Of a stretch of DNA of 64,000 bases, positions 20,544 through 30,212 are shown piece by piece. Origin of the DNA: a virus (taxonomy: Duplodnaviria; Caudoviricetes); the IMG/VR virus record IMGVR_UViG_3300028624_000009, positions 5,329 to 69,328 of that record, one strand, 5' to 3'. Every line of letters begins with the position of its first letter. Position 1 is the first letter of the stretch. The position numbers were made by a program, and so were the translations under genes. The notes under the pieces are model-generated. The model worked only from the letters and a program-made list of their open reading frames with translations, searched no databases and was not told the DNA's origin.

Positions 20544-20813
20544 TCACGGATTACCATTAATAGCATCCGTACAAGAATTCAACGCTGCTCTGGTCTTTTC
20601 CAATTCCTCTCTGGTAAGCGTCAAATCGTCCCGTGTCTTCTGAAGCTCAGCCAAAAGGCGTTTGTTCTCGTTGCGGGTTTTTTCCAGATCAACGACAAGT
20701 GACACATTAGATCCCCTGAGATCTGCCATCTGGTAGCCACAAGTCCGGAACTGATAAGCCAGGTAAAGTGAAGCTCCAAGGAAGAATATTAGTACTAAAA
20801 TTTCGATTATCAT
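20544..20813 (-). CDS. TM plus coiled-coil protein
   Basis: Hydrophobic N-terminus; heptad repeats LEKTR/LQKTR. Confidence 0.65.
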   Translation of the reverse strand: MIIEILVLIFFLGASLYLAYQFRTCGYQMADLRGSNVSLVVDLEKTRNENKRLLAELQKTRDDLTLTREELEKTRAALNSCTDAINGNP

Positions 20814-21241
20814 TTACTTTCCACCCCGTCGATAGATTTCTGCGCAGCGGGAACCAATTGCTGGAGATCGCCTATGAGTTCTTCAATATCGGGATAGAGA
20901 TCTGCAATGTTCTGCGCAGTTGGTTTCTTTCCCTTCTCAAGTTTCGATACGATTACTCGTGCTTCTGGTTCCATTCCCTTGATATCTGTTATCACCTCTG
21001 CAACAAGAGGCTGGATGTTTTTTTGGGCTTCGATCAAGGATTTCTGCTGGTGAGTGGTGATGTATCCTACCGAGACCAATCCCACGATCGCGAAACCAAC
21101 AAGCTTTGCAGCATCGGACATATTCTGGCCAAATGCGATGGCCAGGCCGAACACAACGATAAGGGCAACGACGACTATCGGCCCTTTCATAGATTCTAAA
21201 GTATTGTCTGTCATAACGTTCCTCGGGATATGCGGATACAC
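20810..21241 (-). CDS. Two-TM membrane protein (holin-like topology)
   Basis: Two hydrophobic segments followed by a charged tail. Confidence 0.55.
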   Translation of the reverse strand: MYPHIPRNVMTDNTLESMKGPIVVVALIVVFGLAIAFGQNMSDAAKLVGFAIVGLVSVGYITTHQQKSLIEAQKNIQPLVAEVITDIKGMEPEARVIVSKLEKGKKPTAQNIADLYPDIEELIGDLQQLVPAAQKSIDGVESK

Positions 21242-21329
21242 AGCTTCAAATACTTGAACCTGACCGCATTTTTTGACATGGACTATAACTAGAAACCCAG
21301 TATATATAAAAGTTGCATCAAGAAAAAAA

Positions 21330-21767
21330 TCAGGTCTGGCGGAGATCTATCGGCACTGGGTATCCCGGTCTCCGCAACAACCAGGCATCCCGTTCATCAA
21401 TTTCCATATTATTCCACCAATCGACCTCGAAATACGGAATACCCTGTCTCATGGCATCTGTAGAATTTCGGAAAACCTGGCTAAAATCAGGTCTAAACGG
21501 TATAATCTCCATGGTTGTGGCTTCTACTGCAATCACTCTCTTCTCGGTAACAACCAGAACCCAAGCATGTCTCGGATAGGTATTGCAGACAGCAACCTGG
21601 GCATTATATCCCATTTCCTCCAATTCGTGCTGAGCAAAAAAAGACATCTCGCTGCAATCCCATTCGTTTTCGATATACGGAAAAATAGGTATGCTCGCTA
21701 GATCTGAATCTAATGATCCACAAGACAGGCTTACGAGCAAAAATAAAATAAAAAACTGTTTAGTCAT
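21330..21767 (-). CDS. Secreted transglutaminase/papain-like Cys-His protein
   Basis: Signal peptide; WDCSEMS...HAWVLV...VEAT. Confidence 0.65.
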   Translation of the reverse strand: MTKQFFILFLLVSLSCGSLDSDLASIPIFPYIENEWDCSEMSFFAQHELEEMGYNAQVAVCNTYPRHAWVLVVTEKRVIAVEATTMEIIPFRPDFSQVFRNSTDAMRQGIPYFEVDWWNNMEIDERDAWLLRRPGYPVPIDLRQT

Positions 21768-21768
21768 T

Positions 21769-22032
21769 TCAGCAGCATCCCATCGGTTTTGCCGGTTCTC
21801 TTTTGCTCCACCACCAATCCGTGATTACAACCTCATATACCTGATCAACAACTACAGGTTTCTTATCTATGATCCTGATAACATCTCGTTTCTTCAGGGT
21901 GGCCTGGGATTTTGGAACCCAGTACGGAACCTGGGCCCCGTCGTCCATCAAAACCAGTAGTATGGCTCGCTTAGTCTGCTTGACCATGTAGTTGCAGTTG
22001 GGTTTTTTAACCGGAGAAAGGACGAATTTCAT
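21769..22032 (-). CDS. Small beta-barrel hypothetical protein
   Basis: TKRAILL...WVPKSQ...ITDWW motif typical of viral proteins. Confidence 0.55.
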   Translation of the reverse strand: MKFVLSPVKKPNCNYMVKQTKRAILLVLMDDGAQVPYWVPKSQATLKKRDVIRIIDKKPVVVDQVYEVVITDWWWSKREPAKPMGCC

Positions 22033-22399
22033 ACTCGGACAGCTTCTTGTAGTTATCCATCATATCTCCCCATTCCTTCAGCTTTATTTGCCAGAAGTGG
22101 TCTATTATGTCTGATAACGGGACGGCCAAAGAATATTCGTTGTTATATTGTCCTTTCTTACCAGGAACTACGAGCTGTTCTGCATTGATGAATCCAAGTT
22201 TCCTCAGCGTACTTATGGCAATGCTGACCTCCGGTTGCCGAATCATCGCGGTAACTTCAATATCCCTAGAAGTTCCTACCTCTTCAACCCTGAAAAAGGC
22301 TAAAACTGCGGCTTGCCGTCTTTCAACACCGATGTCCTGGAGGCACGTCATGAAGTCTATGTCATCCTGGTCAAACACTTTTACATTCTTGGTCTTCAT
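22007..22399 (-). CDS. Methanogen-type wHTH transcriptional regulator
   Basis: TSRDIEVTAMIRQPEVSIAISTL; start MKTKN after GAGGTGA. Confidence 0.8.
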   Translation of the reverse strand: MKTKNVKVFDQDDIDFMTCLQDIGVERRQAAVLAFFRVEEVGTSRDIEVTAMIRQPEVSIAISTLRKLGFINAEQLVVPGKKGQYNNEYSLAVPLSDIIDHFWQIKLKEWGDMMDNYKKLSEYEIRPFSG

Positions 22400-22520
22400 A
22401 TGTTCACCTCGTTGTGATATCATATTACAAATATAGCATAGTATATAAGCATGTTGGTGAATCACCGGTTGTGAAAATGTATTACACGCGCAAACTTAAT
22501 ATACTCCAAAATACAACCCA

Positions 22521-22727
22521 TTGGTTATGCGCAACAAATTAGAGAAAACCATATGCGTTCGGTGCGATAGCGCGACGCACCAGATAATACAAGACATAGC
22601 GCAGGCAGAAGACAAAGTAGCCGGTGAAGTAATCCGTAGAATGCTCATCGATGGCATCCGGGCTCATAATAAGAGAGTATCCCGGAGAGTTGGCCGGAGT
22701 CAAGCGATAAACCCCGGTCACAAGTGA
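22521..22727 (+). CDS. Ribbon-helix-helix-like regulator
   Basis: TICVRCD..THQIIQDIA......GEVIRRML; divergent from the wHTH gene. Confidence 0.6.
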   Translation: MVMRNKLEKTICVRCDSATHQIIQDIAQAEDKVAGEVIRRMLIDGIRAHNKRVSRRVGRSQAINPGHK

Positions 22728-22802
22728 TCAAGCATGAAGAAGTCATTGATTACTTATAAGCGTTTCGGAGGGATCTGAATAGACCCAGCGTTTGAAAGAG
22801 CG

Positions 22803-25505
22803 TTGAATAAAATACCTCCGCAGCTACGGAAAGAAGGATTTAGGTTTGTCCCGATTCTAAACGGTACCAAGAAGCCCATAGGTTACAAATGGACGACCGA
22901 CGCAAATTACGATTATAAGCATCCTGTAATGGCCGGATATCTTGCTGAAGGACATAATTACGGCGTTGTCACTGGAATAGGTCATTTAATCGTCTTCGAT
23001 GTGGACGACCTGCCAAGATTGGAAGAATTAAATATCATAAATCAGATACCAGAAACTTTTACGGTGGAAACAGGACGCGGAGGAAAGCATTTTTATCTGC
23101 TATGCAGGGGTTTCAAAGATAAAATGGTACTCGAAGACCCTGAGTTGAAGGACCTCGATGGAGATCCCCTGCATTTGGGGGAGATACAGGCGCTTGGTGA
23201 GCAGGTCGTTGGCCCAGGATCGTTACATCCTAATGGTAATTATTATAAAGTGATTGCAGATGTTCCTATTGCTACCGTAGATAAAGACTTTCTACTAGAA
23301 CTGATCAAGCCATTCGTGAAAAAAGAAGATCCACGGACATCCAAAAAATGCAAAACACCGCACGGTGGATCTTCAATCGGCAATCTCATTCCGATAGATC
23401 AAGTTGCATGGCCACTAAGGATCAAAGAAAGGAAAGGCTCCGAGGTGTTCGGGAGTCATCCTAAGCATGATTCTAAACATGGAAAAAACTTTTCAGTCAA
23501 CACATCAAAAAATTGTTGGCATTGTTTTAGGCATAAAAGCGGTGGCGGCCCACTCGAATGGTTGGCAGTTGAAGAGGGGATCATTACCTGCAAAGCGGCG
23601 GGACATGGATGCCTAAATGGACAGCAACTTGCCCAAGTGATTAACATCGCGAAAGAGCGCGGATTCAATATCCCGGATCGACAAGAACCAGTGGTTGTGA
23701 AAAAGATGGACGACGACATTGCACCAATTATACCAGAAAACGTCCGAAGATGGTCAGACGACCTACCTTTCGGCATGCCGGGTGTTGATTCTGATCTAAG
23801 AACCTATCAAAAAGTCCTGAAAAAAGGCAAGGAGGACAAACCAGTAAAAGCAATAGTCTGTGATGGATATTGTGTCATAACAGAGGAAACCAGGGACGAA
23901 AGTGGAGAGGCGACGTTTACCCTTGAAGGAGCTGGCAGCAATGATGGCCATAGGTTTAGATGTACTGTTTCTGGTCGTGATTTTGCAGATAAAAGAAAGC
24001 TGCGCGGCATTTTGATGTCTCATTTCGGCGCGAGAAACAAAATTCGCGATCTCTGCGCTGAGATGATCCAAGACCTGACCATAGATGTTAAAAAACTGAT
24101 ATCAGTAGACGCGCCAATGTGGGTGAATGACCGGCTTGCGATACCTGGGTTGGATGATACTGGTTTTAAGTTTAACCTATCGCGAAGGGTCCCAGCGGAT
24201 CTATCAACCGGCAATGAACAACTCGGCATGTCTGCCCTGGAATTGATCTTCAAGACATGGCCACCAGACAAAGCAGCAATCCTGCTCACAACCAGTTTCG
24301 CGTCGCCAGTGTGCGCAAGATGGTTTCCAGGAGATCGCTTTGGAATAGCATTGATCGGCACTACCGGGCGAGGGTTAAAGACAGAAGCCTTGAAACATGC
24401 CATGGCTGTCTATGGAGCAGGTTTCCTGCGTGAAGAGTCATTGCTTCGGTGGGGTGAAGGAGCAACCATCACCGCAGCTCAGATAATTGCAACGTCCTTC
24501 GGATGTTTGCCGACTGGAATCGATAACTACAAAGGTACTCAAAAAGACGGACCCGCCAAATTCGTGTCGTTGGTTCATGTACTTCTCGAAGGTCGTGAAA
24601 GAGAAAGAGCAAATCGAAATGCACACCTGCAAGATAGCAAAGAATATGCAACGACCCTCATTGTTACAGGTGAAGACTTGCCGGAAGAGGCTTCAACCAT
24701 GGCCAGACTTATTCCAGTTGAATGGTCTACCGAGCCAAATAAAACCAACTTGACTAAATTACAGGAAATAAATAAAAACCTACCTGCAATTGGGAGAATC
24801 TGGTGTAATTACATATCTGGTATTGATATAGATATGGGAAAATGGGTAGGAAGTAGATCAACTATCGTGAACCTGGCCAGCGAGGCTGGATGCATTAACT
24901 CTGGCCGGGTAGGGACAACAATCTCGATTCTAAGGCTCATATGGGAGCTGTTGCTGGAGTCTCCGCTGAGACCCGTGATTAAAAAATACACAAAAGATTT
25001 TGAAAAAGGTCTTACCGCATTGCTCGTGGAAACTTCAATTGCAACAGAAAAAGCTACCGAAGCAGTACAGTTTGTTGAAACACTGCGAGAGTTGATATCG
25101 TCCGGCAAGTGCACTATTCTGGATAGACCAGTTCAAAACGAGAGTGAGCTAAACATCATAGGATGGAGGCTAGGCGAAAACGACTGCGACGTTGGGAAGA
25201 TTGCTGTACTACCCGTATTGGCCCGAGATGCGGTCCGGCGGGTGTTAGGCCCTCAAGCCCAGTCAATCTCTTCTACGTCGTTATATAGACAGCTTCACGA
25301 GGGAGGCTACATCACGGTTGGAACTGATGGCAAGAGAGTAAAGACAAAACGTCGTGGGAACAAGACCACCCGCGTGCTGGTGTTTAATGAAGGAGTACTG
25401 CTTGATGATAGCGTTCATGGTATGATAGATCTAAGCCACCCTACACCAGAAAGGACAGAAAACCTTCTTGAAGAAAAGATATATCAGGCAATTCGTATCC
25501 CTTAG
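22803..25505 (+). CDS. Bifunctional primase-polymerase (Prim-Pol) plus Zn-finger plus helicase-like replication protein
   Basis: NYGVVTG..VFDVD, TGRGGKHFY, VVGPGSLH; WHCFRH..GG Zn finger; degenerate P-loop GTTGRGLKT. Confidence 0.85.
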   Translation: MNKIPPQLRKEGFRFVPILNGTKKPIGYKWTTDANYDYKHPVMAGYLAEGHNYGVVTGIGHLIVFDVDDLPRLEELNIINQIPETFTVETGRGGKHFYLLCRGFKDKMVLEDPELKDLDGDPLHLGEIQALGEQVVGPGSLHPNGNYYKVIADVPIATVDKDFLLELIKPFVKKEDPRTSKKCKTPHGGSSIGNLIPIDQVAWPLRIKERKGSEVFGSHPKHDSKHGKNFSVNTSKNCWHCFRHKSGGGPLEWLAVEEGIITCKAAGHGCLNGQQLAQVINIAKERGFNIPDRQEPVVVKKMDDDIAPIIPENVRRWSDDLPFGMPGVDSDLRTYQKVLKKGKEDKPVKAIVCDGYCVITEETRDESGEATFTLEGAGSNDGHRFRCTVSGRDFADKRKLRGILMSHFGARNKIRDLCAEMIQDLTIDVKKLISVDAPMWVNDRLAIPGLDDTGFKFNLSRRVPADLSTGNEQLGMSALELIFKTWPPDKAAILLTTSFASPVCARWFPGDRFGIALIGTTGRGLKTEALKHAMAVYGAGFLREESLLRWGEGATITAAQIIATSFGCLPTGIDNYKGTQKDGPAKFVSLVHVLLEGRERERANRNAHLQDSKEYATTLIVTGEDLPEEASTMARLIPVEWSTEPNKTNLTKLQEINKNLPAIGRIWCNYISGIDIDMGKWVGSRSTIVNLASEAGCINSGRVGTTISILRLIWELLLESPLRPVIKKYTKDFEKGLTALLVETSIATEKATEAVQFVETLRELISSGKCTILDRPVQNESELNIIGWRLGENDCDVGKIAVLPVLARDAVRRVLGPQAQSISSTSLYRQLHEGGYITVGTDGKRVKTKRRGNKTTRVLVFNEGVLLDDSVHGMIDLSHPTPERTENLLEEKIYQAIRIP

Positions 25506-25593
25506 ATACCCGACTTGCCGATATCTGTTTTTTTCCCTATTTTTACCCTATGGTCTACTGCATTTGATTTTATGGTAAATATTGTAAAAATAC

Positions 25594-25939
25594 GTAACAG
25601 GAGTAACAGTGGTGAAACGTAAAAACCGATAGCTATAGAGATACTGTTACACTGTTACATGTGTTACACTTAATTACATACATATATATATGTATGTAAC
25701 TTAACTCTCTAGTGCGTCTATCTTCTCTCTCAAAGGTAGTTTAATATCAATATAGTAGTATAATAACACTAATATATCTCAATGATAATCTATCATGATT
25801 CTACACAACTTTTACCCCCATATATCTCTGTATAGTTTGACGTGAAACAGGTGAAACAAGGTAACATTGCTCTCCTATTATCGATTTTATGTTACATGGA
25901 TGTTACCCGAAAACACCCTTTTTGGTCACTTTGGTTACA
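25594..25939. promoter_or_regulatory. Putative replication origin: convergent GTAACA/TGTTAC iterons and a 26-bp palindrome
   Basis: Non-coding, AT-rich, directly downstream of the primase-helicase; perfect palindrome at 25674-25699. Confidence 0.6.
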
Positions 25940-26200
25940 TCATCCCCAGAAATCCCAAAAAAATCTATCACGATTTGTCATGTTTTCCTCTCTCATGATT
26001 GCAGATTTCCCCAATCTCGTATCATCCAGTAATACTATTCATCGTATATCGGTTAACCAAAAAGCTGAAATGCCCCAAAACCCCAGTATATCACTGTCCT
26101 TGTCTGGACATATCGCACCAAATGCAGGATCGGGTATCTCTCCTAACCCGATCCTCTCACACCTCTAAATTTAAATATGTTGAACTCTTCTTAAGTCACC

Positions 26201-26449
26201 ATGAAAGCCACGATAATCTCAACTCCATCTGACATTCCCAAGATCAAAACAGAAGCTGTCATCGTATCATTTCGACCCAGTTTCAACGATGTTCTTGCAA
26301 TAGCGAACAAGAAGGTCAAAGTAATTCAGGTCAACAATGCTACCAACAACAGCCTTAGCGACAATTCCAGGAACATCATATCTAATTATGGCATCGAATT
26401 GCGGGTTGGAAATATTCAAGGATTGAAGAAAGAAACCCTTGTCATCTAA
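26201..26449 (+). CDS. DUF1699-like small archaeal protein
   Basis: VIVSFRPS..D......KVIQV......S......I......L..GNIQG. Confidence 0.55.
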   Translation: MKATIISTPSDIPKIKTEAVIVSFRPSFNDVLAIANKKVKVIQVNNATNNSLSDNSRNIISNYGIELRVGNIQGLKKETLVI

Positions 26450-26527
26450 CCGATATGTTTATTATCAGGCAGGACCAAATATATACCACATGACAGAAAT
26501 CATGATGATAGAATCTGGTGATGTCAA

Positions 26528-27469
26528 ATGAGTCGTACAACCTCTTTCGGTCCATCGGTCTCGATTAGACCCTCAAATTTAGCTCGTGCCGTCAAAGTCA
26601 ATACCCCGGCACCTGCTGCAACTCCAAAAACATCAACTCAGAGGCCACCATTTACATCATATCGCGGAGGAAACATATCTCCTGTCACCGGATGCCCGGC
26701 AGGCCAGATCTCAATTGCCGGTACATGCGTTGCAATTCCAACATATTCAACACCGGCTTCCAACTCTCCTGCAGCTGCCATGCAGACTATCCGAGACAAA
26801 ATTTGCGCAGATCGGCCCAATGATCCAATTTGTAAGCTTACTATCCAGACACCTACCGAAACGATTGCAAAAATTCGTTCGAAAGTTAAAAACATAGTGA
26901 AGCCAGTTATAAATTCCATACCAACACTTCCAGTTACCAAACCAACCCCCGTCGTCAAACACGCTACAGATCACATACAGGAAATCCGAGACAAAATTTG
27001 CGCAGAAAATCCAGAAGCTTGCAAGCCCTATCCCATTAACGAGCGTGGACTCCCAATTGCTGCAAAGAAATTGCAGCGTAAGTATTGCGAAGATCACCCC
27101 GACTCTGAACTTTGTAAGATAGGTGATAGGCCTGTAAAAACACTTCCAGTTACCAAACTAACCCCCGTCGTCAAACACGCTACAGATCACATACAGGAAA
27201 TCCGTGACAAGATCTGTAACGACAGCCCAGAGCTTTGTGAATTTGTTAAGCAGACCCCAACTCCAACGCCTTTTGCAAATCGCGAAGAGATACTCAAACG
27301 CACCGCAGAGGCAAGAAAATACTGTGTAGAACATCCAGACACCCCGGTTTGCAAGATTATTTTCAACCACCCTGTATCTCCAGCATCAGAGCAACCAAAC
27401 AACGAACCCGGAACACCGGCCAATACTAATCCGCCTGCGAATGTCCCGGATTCCAGTGCATCAGGTTAG
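26528..27469 (+). CDS. Pro/Thr-rich protein with five C-x3-P-xn-C repeats
   Basis: ICADRPNDPIC, ICAENPEAC, YCEDHPDSELC, ICNDSPELC, YCVEHPDTPVC. Confidence 0.7.
   Translation: MSRTTSFGPSVSIRPSNLARAVKVNTPAPAATPKTSTQRPPFTSYRGGNISPVTGCPAGQISIAGTCVAIPTYSTPASNSPAAAMQTIRDKICADRPNDPICKLTIQTPTETIAKIRSKVKNIVKPVINSIPTLPVTKPTPVVKHATDHIQEIRDKICAENPEACKPYPINERGLPIAAKKLQRKYCEDHPDSELCKIGDRPVKTLPVTKLTPVVKHATDHIQEIRDKICNDSPELCEFVKQTPTPTPFANREEILKRTAEARKYCVEHPDTPVCKIIFNHPVSPASEQPNNEPGTPANTNPPANVPDSSASG
26923..27204 (+). repeat. 66-bp direct repeat (26923-26988 and 27139-27204)
   Basis: One mismatch; encodes TLPVTKxTPVVKHATDHIQEIR. Confidence 0.9.
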
Positions 27470-28155
27470 AGTTTAAACACCTCTTCCTCATCTATTTTTC
27501 TGCCCTTATTTTTATACCTTGTTTCCGCATCACAAATCCTCAAATATAGCTGCTCGGTGGCCAAAACATCTCCAATATTGTGCTTCCTGATCTCATCCAT
27601 TTCTCCTTTTTCAAACCACCCAGGAACATCCCGACCACTCCCATATAACAGCTCTTTGAACCCGAGCATTGCCGCAAACATCTCCAAAGTAGCCGATTGC
27701 TGCTTATTCCACTTCCCCTCCACCAGTACATCATAAACATCATACAATCTTTTATCATATTTTCCAACCGGCAATATATTGATGAAAGGAATATCATTAA
27801 CCATACCCCTCATCTTCAAATGAATCAAATCAAAATCCTTGATATTGAAGCCAATCCACTTTGACGGCCTAATCTCATTCAAATACTCATAGGCCTCCTC
27901 CAGGACCTTGACCTCATCCCTTTCGCAGAAACATACCACGTCCATATCCACCGGCTTAGCCGTAATGCAAATAGTCTGCGATGTATGCCATCTAAGGGCA
28001 GCCTGCTCATCACATTCTGCACAATAATCCTTTTTCTGCTTCGGATGATCTGCTGGATTATGATCGCACCGTGCGCACTTCACATCTTTATACGTTTTAA
28101 TCTGCTGCGCAGTGCCCGGTATTGTCTCGATGTCAATAACAACTGGGTCTTGCAT
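27466..28155 (-). CDS. DEDD 3'-5' exonuclease (PolB-exo/RNase H-like) with Zn-finger insertion
   Basis: VIDIET, GFNIKDFDL, HNIGDV; CARC...CAEC. Likely start is MQDP at 28155, not 28539. Confidence 0.85.
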   Translation of the reverse strand: MQDPVVIDIETIPGTAQQIKTYKDVKCARCDHNPADHPKQKKDYCAECDEQAALRWHTSQTICITAKPVDMDVVCFCERDEVKVLEEAYEYLNEIRPSKWIGFNIKDFDLIHLKMRGMVNDIPFINILPVGKYDKRLYDVYDVLVEGKWNKQQSATLEMFAAMLGFKELLYGSGRDVPGWFEKGEMDEIRKHNIGDVLATEQLYLRICDAETRYKNKGRKIDEEEVFKL

Positions 28156-28374
28156 AAAGTCTTCTCTATGTCCCTCCTGTATAACTCTTTTGCATCCTAT
28201 GAAAAGCCTTAAATATGTGTCCCACTTACCATCTTCTATGCCATTGAGTGCTAAAGTGAAGAACCGGTTAGAAATCACGTTCTTCAAAGGAGAGGTAATA
28301 CCACCAACCGTAACCTCATATCTGATTACGACTGGCCGCCTATCTCCGGAGGATGTAGAACTGGGGGAAGAGGA

Positions 28375-29013
28375 TTGCAGGTGAACTATGCCGGTCGTCA
28401 TGAACTGTCCACTATCGACTGGCCGGGGCACGCTTCCTACGTAGTCTTTCTCAGAGGTTGTCCCATGTCCTGTCCTCACTGTCATAACGAAAAAATACGC
28501 ACCGGCGAACGTCTTGTAGATTTCAACGACATAGCCCAAGAAATCCTAGCCGCCCGACGTTACGTATCGGCCCTGGTCATCTCAGGCGGTGAACCTGTCA
28601 TGCAACCAGAAGTATGCCTTGAATTGCTGATCTGGGGTCACGCCCTTGATCTTAAAGTCGGCCTGGAAACCTCAGGTTGCAGACCCATTCCGGAAGGTTT
28701 CGACAGAATCTTCCTCGACATCAAAACATCCCTGGAAAGCTGGCTATATAACTCCTACACAGGAGATAACAAGGCATTTGATAATGTAGTCCAGAACCTC
28801 GAAAGACTCGATCCCAACGTTACTGAGATACGCTATGTAGTCCACGAATCAGACCCTCCCATAATCGACCCATTTTCACCCATAATCGACATGGGCTTTT
28901 CCATTAGACTGCTCAGAGGAGACCACACAAGTCAAGACTATTTCACCAATTTCCAGAACTCGGTCATATCCGATCTAAACCTAAAACTCGAAAAAGGAGT
29001 ATTGAAGAAATGA
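28375..29013 (+). CDS. nrdG: Radical SAM protein, anaerobic ribonucleotide reductase activase-like
   Basis: STIDWPG...VVFLRGCPMSCPHCHN, SGGEP, ETSG, DIK. Confidence 0.85.
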   Translation: MQVNYAGRHELSTIDWPGHASYVVFLRGCPMSCPHCHNEKIRTGERLVDFNDIAQEILAARRYVSALVISGGEPVMQPEVCLELLIWGHALDLKVGLETSGCRPIPEGFDRIFLDIKTSLESWLYNSYTGDNKAFDNVVQNLERLDPNVTEIRYVVHESDPPIIDPFSPIIDMGFSIRLLRGDHTSQDYFTNFQNSVISDLNLKLEKGVLKK

Positions 29014-29955
29014 AATACAAATACATCGCATGGCGTGCATTTCGAGATGTTAGAATTATCGACATCATATCAGAAACAGATCACTATGTTACGGATAGCA
29101 ATGGACGAAAATATAAAAAGATTTCCGATGACAGATCTATATTCGACACATTTGAGGAAGCAAAGCAGTGGTTGCTGGACAAGGAAGAGGCAGACTTACG
29201 GAAAGCCACCGAGACCATTTCAAGTATAAAGGAACACATCAAACGCATTGAAGCATTAGACAAAGCATCTAAAAAACGGTGAAAAAACATGGCCCCAAAA
29301 ATCGTAATAGAAATAATATCAGATAACCAGGGAAAAAAGAAGTATATGGTTACCCGGATTTCTGGTTTTCCGACAACGGAAGAAATCTTAAAAACATGCC
29401 CAGAATATTTAAAAGGTGACCATATTTGCATGGATGAAAGCATCCCTTGCAACGTACTATGTATTCGAAGCAGCTTTGTCGACATAGACATTCGAGAACA
29501 CACTGAATTGATGGTATTGAACGAAGACGCCCTTCGAAAACTAATGTCCCATATCAGTAGCCTCCTGAAAAAATGGAGATCTATGCCAAGTCGCTACCCA
29601 CCGGAGATCATGACAATTGATTTTTCTGGCGATGGATGCGTATATGGGCACGGAGGATGAGATGAACAGCTACCTAGTCCAATACGAAGTCAAAACCATC
29701 ACCATCGAGAAAAGCATCATCATTGCCGAAACGGTGGACGACGCAATCAAGGAAGCCCTAAAAAAAGACAACGTGATCAAGGTCGTAAAAATCAATAAAC
29801 TCGGTGTACCATCATTGCCGTCATTACGAAAGCCAAGTCGTCACCCTGCTGTCAAAATGGCAAAGCTTTACACAGAACTCGATCGCACTGACGACCCGAC
29901 AGAACGTGCTCAAATAATCGCAGAGTTAGACCGGATAAAAAATGGAGGAGATTAA
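29010..29955 (+). CDS. Three tandem small hypothetical proteins (29010-29282, 29289-29660, ~29662-29955)
   Basis: Tightly packed co-oriented ORFs with ribosome-binding sites. Confidence 0.55.
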
Positions 29956-29957
29956 AC

Positions 29958-30212
29958 ATGTCAGCAGATATAGATTACAGGCTCTACAAGAAGATAAACG
30001 AAAAACCGGGATCAAGTATCCGTGAGCTGTCAAAAGAGTTAGGATGGTCCATAGTTGAGGTATTCAAATCAGTTTGCCGCTTGGAAAAGGATGGTTGGAT
30101 CAAGTCCGAAAGAGACGGCAATCTTGTCAGATTAACCCCTGTCAAATGGCATGAGTTTCTAACTCCAGAAGAGATTGAAGAGTTCAAGAAACCGAAAGGA
30201 GTTGGTGATTGA
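29958..30212 (+). CDS. wHTH DNA-binding protein
   Basis: PGSSIRELSKELGWS...V...V.RLEKDGWI. Confidence 0.8.
   Translation: MSADIDYRLYKKINEKPGSSIRELSKELGWSIVEVFKSVCRLEKDGWIKSERDGNLVRLTPVKWHEFLTPEEIEEFKKPKGVGD

Noticed and set aside
28156-28539. N-terminal extension of the exonuclease ORF
   Set aside because: It overlaps plus-strand genes and a divergent promoter region; the catalytic domain starts at MQDP (28155).
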